A stretch of 38,858 bases of DNA. It comes from a virus. The position numbers and the translations under genes are program-made. Within the stretch, counting starts at the first letter, position 1. Each line of letters starts with the position of its first letter. Shown here piece by piece: positions 22,784 to 31,195 of the stretch. Below the pieces are notes generated by a model. That model saw only the letters and a program-made list of their open reading frames with translations, was not told the DNA's origin and did no database searches. The stretch lies in the IMG/VR virus record IMGVR_UViG_3300048904_000120, one strand, 5' to 3'.

Positions 22784-24957
22784 TGGCGAACTATGACGAT
22801 GCTTTCGAGGCTGCGGGCAAGCAATACAACGTAGACCCGAAGCTTCTGAAGGCCATGATGACTCAGGAAAGCTCGGGCAATCCGAACGCTGTATCTCCGA
22901 AAGAAGCGACCGGCCTGATGCAGTTGATGCCGGCAACCGCTAAGGAGATGGGCGTTTCGAATCCGAGCGATCCAGTTCAGAACATCATGGGCGGCGCTCG
23001 CTACATGGCCCAGATGCTCGACAAATACGGCGACGTGAATACGGCTCTAGCGGCCTATAACGCGGGGCCGGGCGCCGTAGACAAGGCGGGCGGAATCCCG
23101 AACTTCCCGGAAACGCAAGGCTACGTCAAGCGGATCTCCGCCAACTATCAAGGAAAGCCAATGGCGCAATCCGCGCTTCCCGGTCTGCCGCCTACGGCTG
23201 GCGGCGCATCGGCGGGCGATGACCCGTTCAGCAAGCTAATGGGCGGTTCGACAACTGCGGCCGCACCGTCTGCCCCTGCTGCTGACGGCGATCCGTTTAG
23301 CAAACTCATGGCGACGAAGCCGGCCGCACAGCCTGCGCCGGCTGCGCAACCGTCGGCAGGCGCTTCGCCGCAAGGCGAGTGGCACGCGCCCGGCGCTGTG
23401 ACGATGGGTATCGGTGACGTCATCAAAGGCGGCGTTCAGTCGATGGTTCATGGTGGCGCATGGCTTGCCAACAAGATCGCGCCGGACTCGCAGTTCGCCA
23501 AGGATATCAACGCCGCGGTCCCGCAAGTCGATCAGGCGATCACGTCGCAAGATGCGCAATACGCGCAACAGCGAGCGGCGCAGGGCGGCTCTGGCATCGA
23601 CATTGGCCGAGCGGCCGGCAACGTAATTGGCAGTGCGCCGATGATGGCGCTGCCGAGCGGTGCAGGCGGCGGACTGTTGGCGAAGATCGGCGCTGGCGCG
23701 GTATCCGGCCTAGCTAGCGCCGCGGCAACGCCAGTCGTCAACGCTGGCGACAACTACGCGCAGCAGAAGGCTATGCAGCTCGGCACCGGCGCAGCAGTCG
23801 GCGCAGTTGCCAATCCGCTCGTTAGCGCGATCGGGGGAGCTGTCGCACCTAAGATCGGCGAGGCGCAAAAGAAGTTGCTCGATGCGGGTGTGCCGCTCAC
23901 TCCCGGCCAGATCAAGGGCGGGAATTGGTCGAAGGTTGAAGACATGGCGACGAGCCTGCCGGGTGTCGGCAACGTCGTCCGAAATGCTCAGCAACGCGCG
24001 CTTCAGGGCTACAACGCGGCCACCTACGACAAGGTTCTTGAACCTCTCGGCGTGAAATTCGCAGACGTGGCGAATGGGGCGAAGACGGGCAGCGAAGGCG
24101 TTGCCGCGGTCAAGAAGACCATTTCCGACGTCTACGACAATACGCTGTCGCAGATGACGTTCAAGCCGGACGGCCAGTTCCAGCAGGGCTTGCAAGGCTT
24201 GGCGTCGATGGCTCAGTCGTTGCCGGCAACGGAACAGAAGCAGTTCCTCGACACGTTGCAGCGTCAGGTTGCGGGCAAGATCAACCCGCAAACCTTGTCG
24301 ATGGATGGCGCGACGCTCAAGGAAGTTCAGAGCGAATTAGGGCGGCTGTCTCGCGGCTGGTCTAGCGACCCATCTGTCGATAAGCGCAACCTCGGCGCGG
24401 CAGTCGGCGAAGTCAAGAACCTGATTGAGCAATCGCTTGGACGCACCAACGCGCCTGAGTTGGCTGAATCGCTGAAAAGTGCGAACGCCGCGTATGCGAA
24501 CTATGCGCGCTTGCGTGGCGCTGCAGCATCGACCGGCGCGATGAACAACGATGGCGTATTCACCGCGGCGCAGTTGCAAAGCGCAGTGCGTGGCGCGGAC
24601 AAATCGGCCGGGAAGGGCGCAACCGCAACGGGTAACGCGCTGATGCAGGATTGGTCGAGCGCGGGTCAAAGCGTGCTAGGCAATAAGTACCCCGATTCAG
24701 GTACGGCAGGGCGCTCGATGCTCGGCTATCTGCTCGGCGGTGGCGCCTTCGCGGCTCCTGGCGCAATCCTGCCGACGCTGGCTGCCGCTGGCGCGGCGTC
24801 TCTCCCGTACACGCAGGCGGGCGGCAAGCTGGCGACGATGCTACTTACGAAGCGGCCTGCGGCTGCGGTCCCAATAGGGAATGCGCTTTCCCGCTACGGT
24901 GTCCCACTCGCCGCGCCTGCGGGCAACGCGCTCGTCAATGCGATCACAGGCCCTTAG
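22783..24957 (+). CDS. Ejection protein with an N-terminal lytic transglycosylase (SLT) domain
   Basis: MTQESSGNPNAVSPKEATGLMQLMPATAKEMG...AYNAGPGAV, followed by a long A/G-rich region. Confidence 0.85.
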   Translation: MANYDDAFEAAGKQYNVDPKLLKAMMTQESSGNPNAVSPKEATGLMQLMPATAKEMGVSNPSDPVQNIMGGARYMAQMLDKYGDVNTALAAYNAGPGAVDKAGGIPNFPETQGYVKRISANYQGKPMAQSALPGLPPTAGGASAGDDPFSKLMGGSTTAAAPSAPAADGDPFSKLMATKPAAQPAPAAQPSAGASPQGEWHAPGAVTMGIGDVIKGGVQSMVHGGAWLANKIAPDSQFAKDINAAVPQVDQAITSQDAQYAQQRAAQGGSGIDIGRAAGNVIGSAPMMALPSGAGGGLLAKIGAGAVSGLASAAATPVVNAGDNYAQQKAMQLGTGAAVGAVANPLVSAIGGAVAPKIGEAQKKLLDAGVPLTPGQIKGGNWSKVEDMATSLPGVGNVVRNAQQRALQGYNAATYDKVLEPLGVKFADVANGAKTGSEGVAAVKKTISDVYDNTLSQMTFKPDGQFQQGLQGLASMAQSLPATEQKQFLDTLQRQVAGKINPQTLSMDGATLKEVQSELGRLSRGWSSDPSVDKRNLGAAVGEVKNLIEQSLGRTNAPELAESLKSANAAYANYARLRGAAASTGAMNNDGVFTAAQLQSAVRGADKSAGKGATATGNALMQDWSSAGQSVLGNKYPDSGTAGRSMLGYLLGGGAFAAPGAILPTLAAAGAASLPYTQAGGKLATMLLTKRPAAAVPIGNALSRYGVPLAAPAGNALVNAITGP

Positions 24958-25061
24958 ACACCATGCCTTGATACGAGGATATGCGACTGACAAAGTCGCA
25001 ATGCAGGCGGTTGTGAATATAAGCCGCCAAAACTGATCGCTATTCATTTTTTCTCCCTCGA

Positions 25062-25085
25062 CCCCGCCTAGTGCGGGGTTTTTTT
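25062..25085 (+). terminator. Intrinsic terminator
   Basis: CCCCGC-CTAGT-GCGGGG followed by TTTTTTT. Confidence 0.8.
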
Positions 25086-25098
25086 ATTGAGGCAATAC

Positions 25099-27138
25099 AT
25101 GCAGCTTCTGCCGAACGCAAAGCTTCAGTTCGTGGATCAAAACGGCGCGCCTCTGGCGGGTGGCTCCGTCTACTACTACGCTCCCGGAACGACGAACCCG
25201 CTTCCTACGTTTCAGGATAAAGCCGGCACGATCCAGAACACCAACCCCGTATTGCTTGACAGTCGGGGGCAAGCCATCGTATGGGGAAGCGGCACATATC
25301 GTCAAGTTGTTTGCGACGCATCGGGCGTAACGATTTGGGATCAGATCGTTACGGATGCATCGACGGGTCTGATTCAAGGCCAGTTGATCGATGAAGTGTT
25401 CAACGCGGGCGCGGATTTCACTGCGGGCACGACTACCGTCCTGACGCTGGCAAACGTCTACGGCGCAGAGGGTAACGTCTCTGTTGTGTTCGACGGCATC
25501 ACGCAATCGCCGACGACCTACACGCTGAATTTCAAGACGCTCACGTTCAATGCGCCGATTCCGGTCGGCGTATTGCAAGTATGGGTCAAGGGTGGCGTTA
25601 CGCTGCCGATCAATACGCCGGCTGCCGGAAGCGTCGTCGATACCACCGTAGCGCCTGGGTCGGCGCTGTACAACCGCATCAACCACCGTTGGGACGTGAC
25701 AGATCCCAATTTCGGCGCGTGCGGCGATGGCGTGACGGACGATTCGGCCGCGATCAATAAGGCGTTTCAACTCGCTGCGAACGTCGGCGGTGAGGTCTAT
25801 TTCCCGTCGTCCAAAACGTTCCTTATCAAGTCGCCGCTGACGTGTTCGGTTCAGGTTCCGCTTCAGCCCGTTATCGGCACGAACTATCAACTGTATTTCT
25901 CCGATATTCGGACTGTCAGCATCGTTTCGCCCGGAAGAAGCACGATTAGGGCGGGCGCCAGCATGACGACCATGCTGACCATTCAGTACGCGAACGGCAA
26001 TATCGCGCCGTATTACACCAAGATCGACGGCCTCGTGTTCGATGGCAATGGCCTCGCTACGAACGGCGTTCTGCTGAACTACTCGACGCGCTCGCACGTT
26101 GTGCGCAACAGCTTCGTCGGCATGAGCGGCTACGGTCTGGCAAACGCCGGCTATGGTGTCGCTGAATTTCTGTACAACACGTTTGCGACGACAATCGGCA
26201 TTCAGGTTCAACAGGGCGGCGATACCCTGATGGATCACAACGATTTCTATGCTCCGGCGAACTCGAACGGACATATCGGCATCGACATGCAGGGATGGTC
26301 TGGCAACACGCATATCCACAACTCAACGTGGACGGCCGATCCGACTTCGAGCAACGAAACACCGATCCTTCTGCACGCGAATATTTCTGCGCAGACGGGG
26401 CGAGAAGTTCGTGATGTGACGATCAAGAACAACGAGTTTTGCGGTTATGACTTGCCAATTAGCGGCGTGGCAGGTTCGAACAATATGTATAACTGCATCA
26501 TCTCGGGCAATCACAAGACGGCATTGAGCGGGACCAAGATTAGTGCCGCGCTGATTTCGCTGACTGGTCCTGGTCAGTTCATCATCAGCGACAACATCGT
26601 TGGGAACGCTGCGTATCCGGTGCTGAGCGGGAATGTCATCAGCCTTGCCAACGCTTCGCGCATGACGATCAAGGGCAACAAGTTCACGAACCTGCTGAAT
26701 ACGCCAATCGTCCTGACGAACGTTGTTCAATCCAAGGTCTACGACAACGAGTTCTACGACGTCGGCCAGTCGTTGCCTGGCAACGCGATCATTTACCTCG
26801 GGTCGACGTGCGCAACAAACGAGTTCTACCGGAACACGTATAACCAGTCGCAGCCTACATACGGCCAAGTTGGCATCGTTGAAAACACCGGCTGCAACTT
26901 CAACACGGCAACGAACGAAACGTTCATCGGCATCAATCAGCCCTATACGGTCGTTGGCGCGAACAGTAATTTCAAGTTGACTTCGTATGGTTCCGCCGCG
27001 CCGGTAAGCGGGACACATGGCGCGGGTGAAATCGTCTGGAATACGAACCTCAGCAATTCGGCTGGCGTCCCGGTTGGTTTCGTGTGTGTTGCGGGTGGCT
27101 CGCCGGGTACGTGGCGCAGCTTCGGCGTAACGGTTTAA
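25099..27138 (+). CDS. Tailspike 1 (pectate-lyase-like beta-helix depolymerase)
   Basis: N-terminus MQLLPNAKLQFVDQNGAPLAGGSVYYY (fibre/spike anchor type). WDVTDPNFGACGDGVTDDSAAINKA is a Pectate_lyase_3-like motif. Confidence 0.75.
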   Translation: MQLLPNAKLQFVDQNGAPLAGGSVYYYAPGTTNPLPTFQDKAGTIQNTNPVLLDSRGQAIVWGSGTYRQVVCDASGVTIWDQIVTDASTGLIQGQLIDEVFNAGADFTAGTTTVLTLANVYGAEGNVSVVFDGITQSPTTYTLNFKTLTFNAPIPVGVLQVWVKGGVTLPINTPAAGSVVDTTVAPGSALYNRINHRWDVTDPNFGACGDGVTDDSAAINKAFQLAANVGGEVYFPSSKTFLIKSPLTCSVQVPLQPVIGTNYQLYFSDIRTVSIVSPGRSTIRAGASMTTMLTIQYANGNIAPYYTKIDGLVFDGNGLATNGVLLNYSTRSHVVRNSFVGMSGYGLANAGYGVAEFLYNTFATTIGIQVQQGGDTLMDHNDFYAPANSNGHIGIDMQGWSGNTHIHNSTWTADPTSSNETPILLHANISAQTGREVRDVTIKNNEFCGYDLPISGVAGSNNMYNCIISGNHKTALSGTKISAALISLTGPGQFIISDNIVGNAAYPVLSGNVISLANASRMTIKGNKFTNLLNTPIVLTNVVQSKVYDNEFYDVGQSLPGNAIIYLGSTCATNEFYRNTYNQSQPTYGQVGIVENTGCNFNTATNETFIGINQPYTVVGANSNFKLTSYGSAAPVSGTHGAGEIVWNTNLSNSAGVPVGFVCVAGGSPGTWRSFGVTV

Positions 27139-27157
27139 ATTATCGAGGTTAAATACA

Positions 27158-28585
27158 ATGACGACGACCGTACCCGTTCAATTGGTCAGTCCCGCAAGTT
27201 CAACGGTAGGCCAGGTTCTGCGCTCTAGCGGAGCTAGCCTGCCTCCCGCATGGGCTTCGCTTTCGGCATCAGATTCTACATTTACTCAGGCGGGAACCGG
27301 CGCGACGCCTGTTTCCGTGCAGTCTGAGCTGCGCACCCGCGTCAATGTAAAGCAGTTCGGCGCTGTAGGCGATGGTGTAACGGATGACACTGCCGCGATC
27401 AATGCCGCATTGGCCGCGGTCAACGTTGCTGGCGGTACGCTGTGGTTCCCGGCAGGCGTCTATATCTGCTCCGGCCAATGGAATATGGCGAACTTCAGCA
27501 ACGTGCATTTGCGTGGCGCCGGGGGCATCTTCCAGGGTGGCAACGCAGTTGGCACGATGATCAAGTTCACGCAATCAGGCTCGACCTCGTGCATCAACAA
27601 CACGGGCGGGATTGGCTGTTCGTTCCATGACATCGTTTTTGCCTACACGAGCGCCACATATAGCGGAACGTTGCTCGATGCCTCCTGCGCGACGCCGCAA
27701 AATATCACGCAGGGCAAGATCGATGGATGCCAGTTCCTTCAGCTCGGAACGACAAACACCGCTGGCAACCTGGTGGCGATCAATAACGTCAGCGGCTACG
27801 TCATCGAGAACTGCATCTTCGCGCGGGCAAACTGCGCGATCCGCGGCGGCTTGAATGGCTCGCTTGGCGCAAGCAACGCCGTCACGGTAAGCAACTGCGA
27901 GATCAGCTACTGCACGACCGCTATTGCCAATCCGAATAACTTTTGGACGATTCTTCGGACTTCATTTGAGCCGGGGCCGTCGCTCGGGCCGTCGCAGATT
28001 TGGAACGATACGTCGAATCCTATTGCGAACCTGACGATTATCGGGTGCTTCTTCGGTGATGTGCAGAACACCGGGACGCACCTGAACTTGACGGGCGTTA
28101 CTAATCTTCTCATCCTCGGGTCGATTTTTGGCGGCGACAACGTCCACGTAACGACCGCGGTTGCGCTCGCTGGAGTGAACACAGGCATCGTCATTCAGGG
28201 TAATACGTTCGTCCAGTTGAATACGGGTATCAGCATTACCGGGACCGTTTCGGGCGGCAGCCTGTCGGGTAACACATTCACGTCGACGACTACGCCGCTC
28301 TTTGGCAAGTCCAGCGCAAGCAATTTCAGCCTTTCGGGCAACGCCGGATTTATCACTGAGAAAACCGGGACTGCGACGATCACGGCTGGCACGTTCAGCG
28401 TAACCGTCAATCATGGATTGGCTGTCACGCCGGGCAATGGTCAGATCGAGTTGGTTCCGGCCGGCGACACGCTCGGCGCGCGTTGGTGGCTTGCTTCGTG
28501 GACGGCAACACAGTTCACGATAACGATCAACGCATCGCAGGCGTCCAACCTCGTTTTCTACTGGCACGCGAACGTGAACCAGTAA
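27158..28585 (+). CDS. Tailspike 2 (pectate-lyase-like beta-helix) with a short N-terminus
   Basis: VNVKQFGAVGDGVTDDTAAINAALAAVNVAGGTLWFPAGVY, plus repetitive beta-helix-like N/G/T-rich turns. Confidence 0.75.
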   Translation: MTTTVPVQLVSPASSTVGQVLRSSGASLPPAWASLSASDSTFTQAGTGATPVSVQSELRTRVNVKQFGAVGDGVTDDTAAINAALAAVNVAGGTLWFPAGVYICSGQWNMANFSNVHLRGAGGIFQGGNAVGTMIKFTQSGSTSCINNTGGIGCSFHDIVFAYTSATYSGTLLDASCATPQNITQGKIDGCQFLQLGTTNTAGNLVAINNVSGYVIENCIFARANCAIRGGLNGSLGASNAVTVSNCEISYCTTAIANPNNFWTILRTSFEPGPSLGPSQIWNDTSNPIANLTIIGCFFGDVQNTGTHLNLTGVTNLLILGSIFGGDNVHVTTAVALAGVNTGIVIQGNTFVQLNTGISITGTVSGGSLSGNTFTSTTTPLFGKSSASNFSLSGNAGFITEKTGTATITAGTFSVTVNHGLAVTPGNGQIELVPAGDTLGARWWLASWTATQFTITINASQASNLVFYWHANVNQ

Positions 28586-28610
28586 GAAGGTCAGCCGTAA
28601 GTAACCCTAA

Positions 28611-28636
28611 GCCGCCTTCGGGCGGCTTTTTCTTTT
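28611..28636 (+). terminator. Intrinsic terminator
   Basis: GCCGCC-TTCG-GGCGGC followed by TTTTTCTTTT. Confidence 0.8.
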
Positions 28637-28644
28637 CCGATCCC

Positions 28645-28836
28645 ATGAAAGACACCGCTTCAGCCGTCGCACAGACGGTCGCGCAAATCGCGCCTCCGTG
28701 GTACGCAACGGCGCTCGCGTGGAGTGACGCGAATTTCCCGCGCGTGCTGCTCACGCTGTCCGTGATTTACACGGCATTGCAGATTTACTCGTCGATCAAG
28801 CGCCTGCGCAAAGGAGATGCGAATGTCGATGAATAA
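28645..28836 (+). CDS. Small membrane protein (holin/antiholin-like, 63 aa)
   Basis: Track ORF trimmed to the ATG after the terminator. One TM segment (VLLTLSVIYTALQIYSSI) and a basic C-terminus. It lies directly upstream of the endolysin. Confidence 0.5.
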   Translation: MKDTASAVAQTVAQIAPPWYATALAWSDANFPRVLLTLSVIYTALQIYSSIKRLRKGDANVDE

Positions 28837-29275
28837 CGAGAACCTTCAAAAGCTGATCGCCGAGCTGCGCCGCGACGAGGGCGTTCGTTATTCGCCGTAC
28901 AACGACACGAAGGGCATTCCAACGGTTGGCGTCGGGCACAACCTGAACTCGAAGCCTCTGCCGGCCGGCTGGAAATATCCGCTCAACGACATGCAGATTA
29001 ATTCGCTGCTCGATGACGATCTCGAAGACGTGTTCCACGACCTTGACCGCAACTTGCCCTGGTGGACTGATCTCAACGACGTGCGACAGCGCGCTTTGGC
29101 GAACATGGCGTTCAATCTCGGAATCACGAAACTACTCGGCTTCCGTAACACGCTCGTTGCCATGCGTCAGGGCAAATACGACGCAGCAGCGGACGGTATG
29201 TTGGCGTCCGCATGGGCAACGCAAGTAAAGGGCAGGGCGACGCGCCTTGCCGACATGATGCGCCGGGGGTGCTGA
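28823..29275 (+). CDS. Endolysin, T4-lysozyme-type muramidase (GH24)
   Basis: RRDEGVRYSPYNDTKGIPTVGVGHN (E-D-T catalytic pattern). The start is probably ATG 28823, 6 nt after AAAGGAG; the track ORF starts at 28817. Confidence 0.9.
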   Translation: MSMNNENLQKLIAELRRDEGVRYSPYNDTKGIPTVGVGHNLNSKPLPAGWKYPLNDMQINSLLDDDLEDVFHDLDRNLPWWTDLNDVRQRALANMAFNLGITKLLGFRNTLVAMRQGKYDAAADGMLASAWATQVKGRATRLADMMRRGC

Positions 29276-29276
29276 T

Positions 29277-29819
29277 ATGGACTGGAAACAGGTACTTGGG
29301 GGCGTCGCGCCAACGCTGGCGACTGCCTTGTCTGTTGTTGGCGGCCCGGCCGGTATGGTGGCGGGCGCAGCGTTGCGCGCGGTAAGCAGCGCGGTACTCG
29401 GTCATCAAGAGGGCACATCCGATCAGGTGACGCAGGCGATTCAAGCCGGCCTGTCGCCTGACGCGATTGCGGCGCTTCAGAAGGCGGATAACGACTTCAA
29501 AGTGCAGATGGCGCAGATCCAGGCGGCAACCGATCAGGCGTCTATCAAAGCCGGTTCTGACGCTATCGGCAATGTCAACGCGACGATGCAATCCGAAGCG
29601 AAGGCGGATCATTGGCCCACCTATACGTGGCGCCCGTTCATCGGCTTTGTGTTCGGCCTCTACGTTATGTCGATGTTCATCCTGCCGCTCTTTCACGTGC
29701 AGCCGGTTCCGTTGTCAGCGGATCTAACGCTGACGATCGGCGCGGTGCTCGGCGTGGCCTCGTTCTTCCGCGGCAAGGCGCAGGCAGATCCGCGAATAAA
29801 CGCGGACAGCCGCGGTTAA
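29277..29819 (+). CDS. Holin of the 3-TM GTA-holin type (probable)
   Basis: 180 aa. The C-terminal half WRPFIGFVFGLYVMSMFILPLF...LTLTIGAVLGVASFF resembles the GTA 3TM holin family. It follows the endolysin. Confidence 0.5.
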   Translation: MDWKQVLGGVAPTLATALSVVGGPAGMVAGAALRAVSSAVLGHQEGTSDQVTQAIQAGLSPDAIAALQKADNDFKVQMAQIQAATDQASIKAGSDAIGNVNATMQSEAKADHWPTYTWRPFIGFVFGLYVMSMFILPLFHVQPVPLSADLTLTIGAVLGVASFFRGKAQADPRINADSRG

Positions 29820-30007
29820 GCCGCTTCAACCGTTGTGGGTTGCTTCTTCGGCGGGATTGAATTGGGGTGCGGCGGCATGCCGAGCAGTCGCCGTGCCTCT
29901 TCTCGAACATCGACCGAGCAGAACAGACCCAGATCGTCAATGTCCTGAAGCCGGAATGCGAAACATTCGAATTCTTCTGCCGTTGCTTTTTTCGGGGCTG
30001 GCAACAT
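29816..30007 (-). CDS. Hypothetical 63-aa protein, last leftward gene
   Basis: Track ORF. It has its own upstream promoter (30045-30080) but no clear SD. Confidence 0.4.
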   Translation of the reverse strand: MLPAPKKATAEEFECFAFRLQDIDDLGLFCSVDVREEARRLLGMPPHPNSIPPKKQPTTVEAA

Positions 30008-30044
30008 GGTCTGTCACTTTTATTAATTTGGTTAAACGCCTTAT

Positions 30045-30080
30045 GTATTAATAATACTCCACAGACCTAACGATTTGCAA
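30045..30080 (-). promoter_or_regulatory. Sigma70-like promoter TTGCAA-18-TATTAT overlapped by the palindrome GTATTA-A-TAATAC (30045-30057)
   Basis: The -35 is at 30075-30080 and the -10 at 30051-30056 (minus strand). Confidence 0.45.
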
Positions 30081-30190
30081 TGTCGAAGTTTTGTTGTTGT
30101 GCATGTTGACATAATAGGTATTATCGGTTCTTTTTTGCGTTCACGGTGATGAACGCTAGGTGTCCGGCAATGGGACGCTAGGAGCCGATT

Positions 30191-30316
30191 TAGCGTACCT
30201 GTAGCCGAACACTACGCTGCATGTGGATAACTTTGGCGTACCTGTGACCGGACTCTAAATCTCATAGCGTACCTGTGGCCGAACTCTAAACCGGCTTAGC
30301 GTACCTGTGGCCGGAC
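30191..30316. repeat. Four 20-bp iterons, consensus TAGCGTACCTGTRRCCGRAC (candidate parS or plasmid-type origin)
   Basis: Copies at 30191-30210, 30234-30253, 30265-30284 and 30297-30316, all in the same orientation. Start-to-start spacings are 43, 31 and 32 bp. They lie in an AT-richer non-coding stretch. Confidence 0.85.
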
Positions 30317-30326
30317 AAAACCATAC

Positions 30327-30950
30327 TTATATCTCTTCTATATCCTTCGGCGCTGCCGCGATCCGCCTCCGGGTGTCCATCAAACGGCGCACTGCAGGGT
30401 GCGCAGAATCCTCATCAACCTCATCAGGCGGCGTCGCAAGTTCAGTTGTTGGAAGCGCGGCCTTCAGAACGCCTTCGGTGGAATCCCACCTAAAACCGTC
30501 TCCAGGAATGATCTCGCAGTTTGTGAGCGCTTCGGCGTCGACGCGCCCGCGTTCGTTCACCGCCTCGCCGATTGCCTTTAGACGCTCGCCAATCTTCATA
30601 GGGATATAGTCGACCACGATTGTGCACAAAACTCGCGTTCCTAGCCGAATGTCTAGGCGCTCGCGGGCGATGTATAGCGTCCCTGTCTTGCCCTTTCCTT
30701 TCGTGATGACGCGAAGCATCCTGTGTTTTTCAAGGATCTTCACGCACTCGGATACGGTGCTCTTCCCCATCCCTGTCATTTCGGCAAGTCGGCGGATTCC
30801 CGGCTCGGCCTCGCCAGTGTCGAAGTCGGCGTGGCTTTTGATGGCCTGCCAAAGACCAAAGGCGCTCATCCCGATCTGTGCGGCAATCCCCGATTCGAAC
30901 AAGTCGCGCTGCATGGTCTGGAATGTCGTATCAATCTTGGTCTTCATCAC
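30327..30950 (-). CDS. Winged-helix DNA-binding protein (Rep-like or centromere-binding candidate)
   Basis: 207 aa. HTH IRRLAEMTGMGKSTVSECVKILEKHRMLRV. Coupled to the RHH gene, with iterons immediately 3' of it. Confidence 0.55.
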   Translation of the reverse strand: MMKTKIDTTFQTMQRDLFESGIAAQIGMSAFGLWQAIKSHADFDTGEAEPGIRRLAEMTGMGKSTVSECVKILEKHRMLRVITKGKGKTGTLYIARERLDIRLGTRVLCTIVVDYIPMKIGERLKAIGEAVNERGRVDAEALTNCEIIPGDGFRWDSTEGVLKAALPTTELATPPDEVDEDSAHPAVRRLMDTRRRIAAAPKDIEEI

Positions 30951-31195
30951 TTGCCGCCCTGCTTCCGCCGCGCCAGCTCGCGCCGCGCCCCTTCGACAAG
31001 CAGGTCAGACATTGGCGTGTCAGTCAGCTTCATAAACGCGCGCAATTCCTCATACAAGCTCTTTGGCATGTTCACCGCCATTCGCTGCGTTGAGTCGCGC
31101 TCGCGGAATGTCGGCTGTGCTTCGTTCTCTGGCTTTGCTGGTTGCTGGCCAATAAAGGCGTCGACAGCGCTGCGGTTCAGTGGAGGATTAGCCAT
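30947..31195 (-). CDS. Ribbon-helix-helix protein (ParG-like partition adaptor candidate)
   Basis: 82 aa with a disordered N-terminus. The C-terminal RMAVNMPKSLYEELRAFMKLTDTPMSDLLVEGARRELARR is an RHH pattern. It overlaps the parA stop. Confidence 0.6.
   Translation of the reverse strand: MANPPLNRSAVDAFIGQQPAKPENEAQPTFRERDSTQRMAVNMPKSLYEELRAFMKLTDTPMSDLLVEGARRELARRKQGGK

Noticed and set aside
24841-25047. 68-aa minus-strand ORF with a strong SD (GGGAG, 5 nt before the ATG) between the SLT protein and tailspike 1
   Set aside because: More than half of it overlaps the 3' end of the 724-aa gene. The product is R/W-rich and looks like an out-of-frame reading. Its start lies between a + strand terminator and the + gene, with no upstream promoter.
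24958-27138. A diversity-generating retroelement near the tail genes, as in BPP-1-like podoviruses
   Set aside because: No ORF carries reverse-transcriptase motifs (no YxDD block) anywhere in the window. I saw no template/variable repeat pair at the 3' ends of the tail fibre or spike genes.
30191-30316. The four regularly spaced repeats as a mini CRISPR array
   Set aside because: The 20-bp repeats are imperfect and separated by only 11-23 bp. There are no cas genes and no leader. The context, 3' of a DNA-binding protein gene in a par locus, fits iterons.
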